From Selaginella moellendorffii (taxonomy: Eukaryota > Plantae > Lycopodiophyta): a stretch of 64,000 bases of DNA. The notes beneath the pieces are model-generated. The model saw only the letters and a list, made by a program, of their open reading frames with translations. It made no database searches and was not told the origin of the DNA. The stretch covers positions 434,001 to 498,000 of the forward strand of contig NW_003314280.1 in NCBI RefSeq assembly GCF_000143415.4, read 5' to 3'. Positions within the stretch are counted from its first letter, which is position 1. Each line of letters begins with the position of its first letter. The translations under genes and the position numbers were made by a program. Shown one piece after another: positions 48,181 through 59,542 of this stretch.

Positions 48181-50570
48181 GAGATCAATCACATAAAGGT
48201 ATCCAGCAATGTTCAACACATATACGACCGGGAAAATCAAAAAGGTCAGTTTGGATGGCGGATTTAATCTTGAGAATTGCCTCTTTTGGGGCATTGTCAG
48301 TTCCGGGCATTCCATTTCAGGGGAGGTAAGAAGAATTAAAGTACGGCCCTACCTTTTACCCTTTCCGGATTAAATGGGGGGCCTGATTATTCGCGGATAT
48401 TCCCGGCCCAACGACCGTGGACTGTAAGCATCAGCTGCCAGATTCATTTGGAACGCATGGTCAGAAGCAACAAACGACATGCGATTTGCACGTGAAGACC
48501 TAAAACCAAAAGTTTCAAAAGACCTTCAGACACCACCCAGGGGCCAGCAGACAGCCCACTCACAACAACACCCAACTACAAAATCAGGAAAAAAATAAAG
48601 GAAAAAGCAAAGAGAAAAAAATAAAGGGGGAAAATTCTTCGGTCATTCTCTTTGTTATATCAGCCTTTTGGGCCACAGGTACGGACGCTGGTGCGCGTCA
48701 CGTGGCCGCGCCTGCAGTCCGTATGAATGAAGGGCCACCGACGGGCAGATATTTCGTGGCTGTTTTCTATTTTATTCTATAATTTTCTAATACAGCAGGT
48801 TTGCGAGTGTTTATCTTCTGTGAAAGAACGAAAATTGATTGATTGTCCTCCGCTTTGCATCCACCTGGGTGATTCTAGATCACGACATTTTTATGTTCTT
48901 GGCTCTGCTGGCTCGATGGATCGATGGGGACGAATCTAAGATCGCAAGAAAACGGGACTTTTGATCCGCCACCTTTTCATCCCCCGGCTCCTCCGGCGTG
49001 GTACGCACGTCACCCGGGCGTACGGCAGATGGGGGGTTGTTTGTTTACCCGGGTTTGTTTGTTTGTTTTGTTTTTTGTTTGTCCCCGCCACGCACGATGT
49101 CAGTTCAGTTTGGCACACAAGAATCGGTACGGAAGGAAACCCTGGGGTAAAACACTGATTGAAATTGTTGAATGGAACTCGAGGGTACTCTCGTTCCTTT
49201 TTTATCCACCGGGCAGATTCGGGCTTACGCATTGCATCACGGATGATGGAATAGAATCCGGGGAAAAGGAGGCAGAGGAAATCAACACTGTTGTGATTGT
49301 TTGAGAAAGAAATCTCTGGCGAGATCAGTCAGCTGCTATTCACACCTTTCCTTGGTCTCATTTATAATCGCAAAGTGATAGTCCTCCCCCAAGTTGATAC
49401 ACGAGCTCCACCACCCATAAACCTAAAACGGGAAATCCTCCTTCCCGACAGGGATCCCAATTGGCCCCCACATTTCCCCTCCATGCCATGTCATAACCCT
49501 GCGCATTTCCCCACCACCTCTATCATATCGCAATCTCTCCGAGCGTCTCGCGCGGGGCAATAAATGAGGGAGTTAGGCCGGTGACGTCACTTGTGTACGG
49601 ACACCGGACAAACGTCTCGTCCCCGCGCCAGTGGCCATAATGCGGTCGGCCGTACCCCACCGCCGTCGCTCGCAACAACGGGGTGGGCCCCACTCCCCAG
49701 CCCCCACGTGTAAAAAGCGGCAAGCAGAATTTTCCCCGATCCCTATGACATGGAGCGAGATTACCACCAAAGATTTGGTTAGTTGATCAATACCCCAAAT
49801 CTATAATATAGAACTATAGATGGAATTATAGAACCAAGCGAGAGAATTTGTCGCAGCCGTCCCTGTCGAGTCCCCACACTAAAAGCTCAGGAGCTAGATG
49901 CCACGATGCGGCATTTGTTCTCACAGGAAAGAGACGCCACCAAGGTGGTGACGAGAAAGAACGAAAGGGTGAAGAGAGCGAAAGCGAGCGAAAGCTTTAA
50001 TCCAGCGAGCAAGCAATCTCTGTCCACGAGAATCTGAGGAGACAGATTTAGTTTTCCGGAGAAAACGAGCTGATCGATCCACCCCATCGATCCAGACATC
50101 TTAGACGAAAAGGAGAAAAAGAAAGAGGGATTCACAGAGGTCGCTAGGACAAGAACAAGAACTTCGCTATCCTTCTCTCTTGTTTTACCTTGTGTCGATT
50201 GTTTTACTGCTCGTCCGCTGCAAGAGATTTGAGTACATGCTGGCAAAGCCAGTCCGATTAAACTCTTTTGGTCCATTCAGCCGCGATCATGTTGAATTCC
50301 AGCGTTCGTATACTTGACATGTAAGCGAAAACTTCGTAGATTCACAGGAATAGGTCCTGAGCGTAGATGATAAATACCTGTTTCGATCTATTCGTCCCGG
50401 TCTACACAGAGCATCGTTTGAGAAAGCTCTGCGTTTCAAACATAAACAAAGCTCGCCGTATTAAAATACCTTTTATCCATGTTCTAGAATCTAGGGCTTG
50501 GAATTCTCTCTTGGCAATGGCGGCGCTCACAGGCAAGCCGGTCGGATCTCTATCGCAGCGCTGCTAGTCT

Positions 50571-52724
50571 ATGAGATCGCAGCCAGGCAACAGGGAGGCC
50601 CTCCAGATCTTGGACAGGAATCGGCAATGCGGCTCAAAGGCGCCGAGCGTTCCAGCGCTGGTGGCCGCGATCAAGGCGTGCGGCAGCGCCCGAGACGTCG
50701 AGGCCGGGATGAGAATCCACGCCGGCGCCGCCATGGCCGGGATGGATTCCAACATCTTCGTGGCCAACACGCTGCTCTCCATGTACGCCAAATGCGGCGC
50801 CATGGAGGACGCCTGCCGGGTGTTTGACGCCATCGAGAGCCACACCGTGGTCTCCTGGAACGCTCTCGTGCTGGGATACGCTCGAAACCTGGATGGAACG
50901 CGAGCTCTCGAGAGTTTCTCGCGGATGACAGACGCGCGCTTCGATCCAGACGCTCGGACTTACAACGCGGTGTTGAAGGCTCTGGCGATCTCTCTGGAAA
51001 AGGAGTTGGGAGGAGATGGGGATGTCGCGAAGAAGAAGCGGCACTTCTTGGAGAAAACTCTGGCTGTTCACGCTCGGCTCAAGGAGGCCGGTCACGAGCG
51101 TGACGTCTTCGTCGCGAGCTCGCTGGTGGATTTGTACGCGAAGTGTGGCAGCTTGATCGATGCGAGCAATGTTTTCGAGAGAATGGCTCGCCACGATGCT
51201 GTCTCGTGGACTGCTCTCATTCTGGGACATGTCCAAGGTGGTGAGTTTCAAAAAGCTCTGGATCTCTTCTCGAGGATGGTGGGAGAAGGCTTCCAGCCGG
51301 ATGCTCGAGCGTTTGTCGCGGCACTCAAGGCCTGTGCGAGCTTAGCTAGCAGCGAAGAAGAAGGCTCGATTTTCTTTGGGCTTGAAGAACAGGGATCCGG
51401 ATCAAGCGAAAGAAAAGATGAAAGTAGGATTGTTTGCTTGGAGATTGGAGTAGCGATCCACGCAGAACTGGAGAAGTTGGGGCTGGTGGAGAGTGACTTG
51501 TTCGTGGCGAGCAGCCTGGTGGACATGTACGCGAAGTGTGGATGCATGGAGGATTCGACGCGAGTTTTCGAGCGGATGAAACAGCGAGACGTGGTGACTT
51601 GGAACTCGCTGCTCATGGGATTTGCTCAGGGAGGAGAAGCGAAGATCGTTCTAAGCCTCTTCCATCGATTGCAGCAACAGGGAAGGGGTGTGGAGCCAGA
51701 CACTCGGACTTATATTGCGGTTTTCAAGGCCTTTGCCAACTTAGCAGCGAGAAACTACAAAGATGGCGATCTCAGGTCGTGGTGTCTGGATCAAGGGCGA
51801 GCTATCCACTTGCAGATGAGCCCACTCAGTTCTTCCTCGACGGAGATCTTCCTGTGGAGCACTCTCGTCGACATGTACTCCAAGTGTGGGAGCCTGATCA
51901 ATGCCAGAGAGATCTTCGACAGCGTCTCCAAGCCCGACTTGGTGCTGTGGAACTCGATCATCCTCGGGTGTGCTCTCAACGACGAAAACGAGCTCGCCTT
52001 GGAGCTCTTGGATCGACTCCAGCAGCAGAACCTCTCGCCAGACGATGGAACTTTCGTGGCGGCGCTCAAGGCCTGTGGAAACTCGGCAGCACTGGAAACC
52101 GGAAGAACGATCCATACTCAGGTCCTCAACGCTGGACTCGAGAGCAATCCACTCGTCGCAACTAGCCTGGTGGATTTCTACGCAAAGTCTGGCAGCATGG
52201 ACGAAGCTCGCGACGTCTTCGACACCATGGATCCTGCCAAGAGGAGCTCGGTGACCTGGAACTCTCTCCTCTCGGGCTACTCGCGAGTTGGCGATCACAA
52301 TCAAGTCTTTCAAGTCTTCGAGAGCATGAAGGCTGGAGCGTCGTCGCGAGCTTGCGAGATTGTGAACGGGGTTACTTTTCTATGCCTCCTCAATGCTTGC
52401 AGCCATGCCGGCCTGGTGGACAGAGCTAAAGACTACTTTGAGTCGATGAGAGGTGACTATGGAATAGCTGCGACTGAGGATCACTATGCTTGCATGGTGG
52501 ATTTGTTTGGACGATCAAACCAGATGGCAGCTGCTGTTAGTATGGCGGAGAGCTTGCCTCTGGAGAGTGGAAGTGGATTGAATAGGGCTGTGTGGATGAC
52601 AGTGTTGAGCTGCTGTGAAAGAATGGGGAACAAGGAGATTGGAAAGCTTGCGTTTGAAACGATTGTGAAATTAAACCCAGATGATGCCCCGGCCTACGTG
52701 CTTTTAGCAAACACGTGCTTGTAA
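50571..52724 (+). CDS. PLS-class PPR protein (long L motifs, E domain, no DYW)
   Basis: 717-aa ORF with repeated LVDMYAKCG motifs, ending HYACMVDLFGRS...APAYVLLANTCL. Paralog of 23860-26844. Confidence 0.9.
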   Translation: MRSQPGNREALQILDRNRQCGSKAPSVPALVAAIKACGSARDVEAGMRIHAGAAMAGMDSNIFVANTLLSMYAKCGAMEDACRVFDAIESHTVVSWNALVLGYARNLDGTRALESFSRMTDARFDPDARTYNAVLKALAISLEKELGGDGDVAKKKRHFLEKTLAVHARLKEAGHERDVFVASSLVDLYAKCGSLIDASNVFERMARHDAVSWTALILGHVQGGEFQKALDLFSRMVGEGFQPDARAFVAALKACASLASSEEEGSIFFGLEEQGSGSSERKDESRIVCLEIGVAIHAELEKLGLVESDLFVASSLVDMYAKCGCMEDSTRVFERMKQRDVVTWNSLLMGFAQGGEAKIVLSLFHRLQQQGRGVEPDTRTYIAVFKAFANLAARNYKDGDLRSWCLDQGRAIHLQMSPLSSSSTEIFLWSTLVDMYSKCGSLINAREIFDSVSKPDLVLWNSIILGCALNDENELALELLDRLQQQNLSPDDGTFVAALKACGNSAALETGRTIHTQVLNAGLESNPLVATSLVDFYAKSGSMDEARDVFDTMDPAKRSSVTWNSLLSGYSRVGDHNQVFQVFESMKAGASSRACEIVNGVTFLCLLNACSHAGLVDRAKDYFESMRGDYGIAATEDHYACMVDLFGRSNQMAAAVSMAESLPLESGSGLNRAVWMTVLSCCERMGNKEIGKLAFETIVKLNPDDAPAYVLLANTCL

Positions 52725-53068
52725 ATAGCTCTTGTTTATCTTGAATCTTCTAAGTCTTTCTTCAGTAAATCTAAATGTAATATGAAATTAATGTGTTTGT
52801 TAGTGCCACTTTTCTCCTTGATTATGATTGAGCAATACCAATTCCTTTAGTTTGAATTAAGTAGTGTGATATTTAATAGTTTTTCATTAGAATATATAGT
52901 GTTTAATATTAGTATTGTGAGTGTATGAAATATGGAAAGAAAATATAGAAAATTTATATATCAATTAGCCCAAAAACCTTAGTTTATATACAGGAGCGAG
53001 TGGTTTGGATTGAAATCAATCTAATGGCTACAAAAATCTTATGCTAATATTAATATATTGTAACCATA

Positions 53069-56000
53069 TGTAAGCCACAAATTTTTCCTTTCCAATTTGT
53101 CAGCTTACCTCATTTATCCAACTAACACTGCCTTGGTTTGTGCTAAATTCCCTTGCCAAAGTTCCCGCCTATTGTACCAGCTCCTACTTGGCCGTACTTG
53201 GTTTTAGCTACTCACTATATAAGCAACGGAGCAGTAGCCATCCATCCACGGATTCCCAAATCTCTCCCAATCCCCCTTCCCGGGTTGGACTGGACTTAAG
53301 GTTCGGCTACACTCCCCGTAGACACAAGCAACCAAGCACACCAAGCCTCTAGGTTCCTAACACCCCTTGGTACAACAAGACTTGATCATGGGACCCTCTA
53401 AATCCCAAGCCTTAGGTGCAACACTTACTTCAGAACATCGGGGCGAAACACCATGGCCTAATAGCCCAGTATGGGTACCTCTACCCCCCCACTTCCATCC
53501 CGAAGGGAAGGCCCAAGCCCCTAAGAAGGGCGAGGACTAATGAGCCACAAGGTACTCAAGTAGGGCACCACTCCACATGAGCCAGGAGCATTGTAGTTGG
53601 TTTCCCTTTCAGGAGTGGGAGTTGCTCTTGAGCACTTCCCTGGGTGGCCCCTCCAGCACCACCCAAGCCCATGCTCACTCCCACCCAAAGCCCTTTTGCC
53701 CTAATCTTAACTTCAAGTCAGTTTGGAAGCACCATTGGAGAGTTCCTTCAAGACTAGTTCTTGGACCTCATTGTCCCTATTATACTTTTGGAACCCCCCT
53801 GCAAACCCCCCCCCCCCCCCCCTCTGGGAGACGCACGCTTTGGGCTTTCACCCCTTGACCCGTATTAGTATTCGGACTCGGTCTCGGACTCAATCTCGAA
53901 CTCAATCTCGGACCCGATCTCAGACTCGACCTCGGACTCGGTCTTGGACCCGATTCGGATCTCGGATTCTGTCTCGAACTTGGTCTCCGATTTAGCCTCG
54001 AGCTCGATCTTGGACTCTATCTCAAACTCAGTCTCAGAGTCGGTCTTGGACTCGATCTTCGACTTGGTCCTATCCGATGAACTCTTTGTCATTTCGGTCA
54101 TGCTTTCAGGGATCCTTTAACCTACGACACGTCGGGGAGTCGGTTCCTTACAACTCCACCACCCATAAAAGAAGTTCAATGCCCACATCGAATGTCTTTT
54201 TTTGTCCTACGACTTGTTGACCATGTCTCCGGGGGCATCTCCCCACTTAGTGGTGTGCCTAAGTTAGCCTCCCCGGCCAAGAGCCCATGACAACGGAATA
54301 TAGGTGTCCCTATACCCCTCACCTCACCACGCTCTAGTATGGGGTCGAGACTTGAACCTAGCCTTGCTTTACTAGGGGGTTGGGACTCGAACCCAACCTT
54401 CGTAAAATACGTCTACGGGTTTGACATCCCCGCAGGGAGTTGGGCGTAATGCCCTACGCTTGGTCGACCTAACTAACCCATGCTAATTAGCTTACCTTCG
54501 GCGCGCCTTCGGGTCCCAACATATGCCACTGCTTAACTTCGCAAATTGATACTTTAATTGAACTTTGTATAAGTACATAGAGTTCTGCCTTGCAAAAATT
54601 CCTCCACTAGATCTCGCACGTTCGCTAGGTTCTCCTCCGGTTCCCATGTTGCTTTGCAGTGTGGAAATCCTTTCCACTTCACATGGAACTCTCTCACCTC
54701 GCGTCCTTGTCGCTTGCTCTTGCACGCATTGAGGATGGCCTCGACTTCGTATTCCTCTTCCCCTTGGATAACCTCAGATAAAGGTCTTACTTGGTTCTTG
54801 CGAAGCGGATCCTCAAAGTACAGCTTGAGTAAGTTCACGTGGAACACTGGGTGCATCTTCCCCATCTCTTGTCCCGAGACATAGCATTGCAAATAATCCT
54901 CCAGCTGCCTATTCACCCTTTCCATTTGTCCGTCTGTCAAGAAGTGTTAGTGCCATCAAACTTGACTTAATACCCAATACCTGTCTGTGGGTGATAGGCA
55001 GTGCTGAATTTCAACTTGGTGCGATACTGTTTTAGGAGAGTTCTCCAGAACCTACTGGTGAAGATCTTATCTCGATCTGAGATAATCTCTTCTGGCCTTC
55101 CCCGCACTCGAACCACTTGTTCGAAGAATAGCTTTGCCACACCTTTCACATCCACTTCCGTTGTGGTGGGTATGAAATGTGCCATCTTCGAAAATCGGTG
55201 CACCACCACGAATATTGTATCAAACCCCTCACTTGGGGGGAGTCCTATGATGAAGTCCATCGTAAGACATTTCCACGGACGATTCGGAATTAGGATGCTT
55301 TGCAACAAGCCCCCACTAGCCTTAGTCACGGCTTTTACCTACTAACATGTTGGACGTGTCTTTACATAGTCTTGGACATTCTTAGCCATATCTGGCTAGT
55401 GATACTTCCTCTTGAGTAAGCTCATTGTCTTGGGCACTCTGCCGTGTCACGCAAAAGGTCCGTCATGACACTCTTCTAAGGCTACCTTCCTTAGTTCCCC
55501 TTCTGGAACATACACTCTTGTTTATTTGTAATAGATGAGTTCATTGCGTTCTGCATAGTCCATTTTCTCTTCCGTTGGCAGCTCACCTCTCTGGTGAGCT
55601 TCCCATGCCTTTAGATTCCTCAGCAACACTTTTTGTGTTAGACCATCATTCTCATATGCTGTCCGCACTTCGTCCCAAAAAGTTGCTGTCATATTAGATA
55701 TCGCCAACCTCAAGCTCGCTTTTCGACTTAGCGCATCCGCCACGATGTTGCTCTTCCCAGGCATGTACAGAATCTCGCAATCAAACTCGGCCAAGGCATT
55801 GGCCCACTGACCTTATTTCCCTCTCAGGTCGGGCTATGACAAGAAGTGTTTCGTTGCCACATTGTTCGTGTAAACTTTGAAGTGTCTCCCAAGGTAGTGT
55901 CACCACTCCTTGAGTGCCTTGACCACCGCAAACAATTCTTTCTTGTGGGCAGGCCACTTCCGTTGAGCCTTGTCCAACTTCTTCGAGAAGAACGCTATTG

Positions 56001-59000
56001 GATGGTTGTCTTGCTTCAAAACTACGCTTAATGCAAAGTCCGAAGCATCTGTTTCTACCTCAAAGTCCTTACTAAAGTCTGGTAATGCCAACACGGGAGC
56101 CTCCCTTTGAGGTGGACGAATGCCACCTCGCATTTCGTTGTCCATACAATCTTCCCTTTTCCCGTTTGGTCCGTTAAGGGCAGGGCTACTCTCGAATAGT
56201 GTTTGATAAACTTTCGGTAGTAGTTGCATAGCCCCAAGAACGCCCTTAGCTTATGTACATTCGATGGTCGTTCCCATTCCTAGATCGCTGGGACCTTCTC
56301 CGGGTCCACCTTGAGCCCGTCCTGGCCCACCACATGCCCAAGAAACTTTACCTCTTGTTGAGCAAAGTCACATTTGCTCTCTTTAGCATACAGTTTGTAT
56401 TCCCTTAGTTTCTCAAACACCTTCGCCAAGTGTCCGGCATGCTCTTCTAGTGTCTCGCTATAGATTAGGATGTCATCGATATAGACGACCACGAAGTAAT
56501 CCAAATAGGGTATAAAGATATGGTTCATCAACGCCAAAAACATTGCCGACGCATTACACAGCCCAAAGGGCATCACCAGAAACTCAAAGCTCCCATACCT
56601 GGTTCGACAGGTTGTCTTCTCGACATCTTTCTATGCTACCCTGATCTGGTAGTATCCTGACCTCAGGTTAATCCTCGAGAAGTATTTTGCCTTTCCCAAC
56701 CTATTGAACAGTCCTCAATCCTTGGCAAAGGGTATTTGTTCTTCTTTGTATACTTGTTGAGCAACCAGTAGTCTATGCACATGCGCATAGATCCATCTTT
56801 CTTTTTCACAAATAACACCGGCGCCCCATACGGTGACTTGCTCAACCTAACATACCCTTTGTCCACCAACTCCTTTAGTTCGCACTTGAGTTCCTCGAGT
56901 TCTTTTTCGTTCAAACAATAGGGGGGATGAACCACCGCCTTAGCACCCTCGACCAGCTCAATCTTATGTTCTATCAGTCGTGTAGGGGGCAACCCTGCCG
57001 GTAACTCCTCTGGCATGGTATCCTGGAATTGGTCTAACACTCGTTGGATCACTAAAGTTACTTCTTTCGTTCCTGTCTTTTTGTCACTCTTCACCGAGAG
57101 TAAGCACCAAAATGCTGCCTTAGTTCCTTTAGTGAGTTGTCCTCTCATGGACACCAGGTTTAAGTAGGAATATTTGGCCTTGGTTTGCCCTACCTTTAGA
57201 TCCTGGGCCTCCACCCTAGATCTTCTTCCTTGGGCATTCGCCAGTACCACAAGGTTCCTACCTTGTCCATACAGGGCTACCACAAACTGATTGAACCAAT
57301 CCATTCCAAAGATCATGTCAAATCCCGCCATGTCCAACACAGTGAAATCCATGTCTACTTTCCATGTCCCTACTTAGACTCTCGCTTGTCAAAGTACCTC
57401 ATCGGTGCTTTAGCTACCTTGAACAAACTCTATAGTCCTTGATTCGCCTAGCTGCTGCACCGTTAGTCCGGCTTGCCGGACTATATCTGCAGCCACAAAA
57501 TTATTCAAAGCACCCGTGTCAATAAGGATCTTAACAAAGCTACCTCCGAGCTTCCCTCAGAGGGTTAGTAGATGTCGCGAACGACTCTCTACCAAAGTTG
57601 CTCATGTAATGAGTAACTTTGAGTTAGGGACTACCTCAGTTTAGACTTCACTCGACTTGATGGCCATATTGGCTCGGGCCTTCTTTGGGTAGGGACATTC
57701 CCTCAAAAAGTGTCCCGTTTCACCACAGTTGTAGCATACGTTGTTTCCCACGCTGCTATATGACTTGACTTTTTTATCCGTGGGTTTGTCTTTTTTTTCT
57801 TGACTCCCCCACGGACTCGCTCGCTAGCCACCAGATTTGCCTTTTCAGAACCCCGAGGACTCATTCTTAGAGAAACTCTTCTTGAATTTCCCTCTGCTAT
57901 ACGTTCCCTTTGGTTTGGCCCCTTTGCTAAACGTGGATCCTGACCCCGTCGTGTTCCCCTTTCGCAAGTTATTGTTGAAATACACCTTGATGGCCGCATC
58001 CAACGTTTCCTTGTAGTTGGTTGGGTTCCAACGCATCACCTCACCGCGAGCCCAGGTTTACAAACCTGATATGAAGGCATGGAACCCATCCTAAGCCACA
58101 AATTTTTCCTTTCCAATTTGCCAGCTTACCTCGTCTATCTGACCAACACTGCCTTGGCTTGTGCTAAGTTCCCTCGCCAAAGTTACCGCCTATTGTACCA
58201 GTTCCTACTTGATCCTACTTGGTTTCAGCTACTCACTACACAAGCAACAGAGCGTTAGCCATCCATTCACGGATTCCCAAATCTCTCCCAATCCCCCTCC
58301 CCGGGTTAAACTGGACTTAAAGTTTTGCTACACTCCCTGCAGGCACAAGCAGCCAAGCACACAAGCCTCCAGGTTCCTAACACCCCTTGGTACAACAAGA
58401 CTTGATCATGGGACCCTCTAAATCCCAAGCCATGGGTGCAACACTTGCTTCGGGACATTGGGGCAAAACACCGTGGCCTAACGGCCCGGTATGGGTACCT
58501 CTACCCCCCCACTTCCATCTCGAAGGGAAGGCCCAAGCCCCTAGGAAGGGCGAGGACTAATGAGCCACAAGATATTCAAGTGGGGCACCACTCCACATGA
58601 GCCGGGAGCATTGCAGTTGGTTTCCCTTTCAGGAGTGGGAGCTGCTCTTGAGCACTTCCCTAGGTGGCCCCTCCAGCACCACCCAAGCCCATGCTCACAC
58701 CCACCCAAGGCCCCTCGACCCCAGTATCAACCTCAAGTCAGTTTGGAAGCACCACTGGAGAGTTCCTTCAAGACTAGTTCCTGGACCTCACTATCCCTAC
58801 TATACTTTTGGAACCCCTTACAGCCCCACCCCCCCCCCCGCCCCCCCCCCCTCTAGGAGACACATGCTTTGGGCTTTCACCCCTTGACCCATATTAGTAT
58901 TCGGAAGCGGTCTCGAACTCGATCTTAGACTTGATCTCGGACCCGACTTCGGACTCGGTCTCGGACTTGATCTCGGACTCGATCTCGGACCTGATCTCGG

Positions 59001-59241
59001 ACTCGACTTCGGACTCGACCTCGGACTCGGACTCGGATCCGATTCGGATCTCAGACTCTGTCTCGAACTCAGTCTCCAATTCGGCCTCGGACTCGATCCC
59101 GGACTCTATCTCGAACTCGGTCTCAGAGTTGGTCTTGGACTCGATCTTCGACTCAGTCCCATCTGATGAACTCTTTGTCATTTTGGTCATGCTTTCGGGG
59201 ATCCTTTAGCCTACGACACCTCAGGGAGTCGGTTCTTTACA
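53069..59241 (-). mobile_element. Chromovirus (chromodomain Ty3/gypsy) family C copy 1, defective
   Basis: LTRs at 53069-54152 and 58092-59241; TSD CCATA/CCGTA. Minus strand: Zn knuckle CYNCGETGHFLREC, protease LIDTGA, RT (YIDD), RNase H (ETDASD), integrase, chromodomain (YEVEAIL..FHVKWKGFP..ATWEPEENL). The PBS, gag 5' end and part of the integrase are deleted. Confidence 0.93.
54934..54980 (-). other. 47-nt GT-AG intron inside the C1 integrase
   Basis: CAGACAG|gtattg...cactaacacttcttgacag|ACGGACAA; removal restores HPQTDGQ. Confidence 0.8.
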
Positions 59242-59270
59242 CCGTACACTTGGACCTTATATCATCCCTT

Positions 59271-59542
59271 TGTAAGCAATCAAAGAGAACAACTCGAGAT
59301 ACAGTCCATGGGGTTCAAAGATAGAGGTAAAAAAGGCCCATGAATAAGAGTGCACCCCCTTTTCCAATCGGTTAAGGGTTTTGGGATATTTGGGGTTAAG
59401 CGTCTTTGGGTTTGAATAGTACTGGGCTGGGTGACCTCCCGAACAAGAATAAACAAGGTTAATATGCATCAAATGCCCTGCTCACCACTATCCTATAGCA
59501 GTGTCCAGCATTGCCCAAGTAGTCCAAACTCAGGAGCTTACA
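59271..59542 (+). mobile_element. Cassandra-type solo LTR with a ~79-nt foreign insert
   Basis: Reverse-complement homolog of 10030-10223; TG..CA ends; perfect TSD CCCTT; 5S-like segment at 59395-59441; insert at 59442-59520. Confidence 0.9.

Noticed and set aside
49887-50276. Small ORF with a hydrophobic segment
   Set aside because: No recognisable family; the hydrophobicity could come from the GA-rich composition. It needs expression data.
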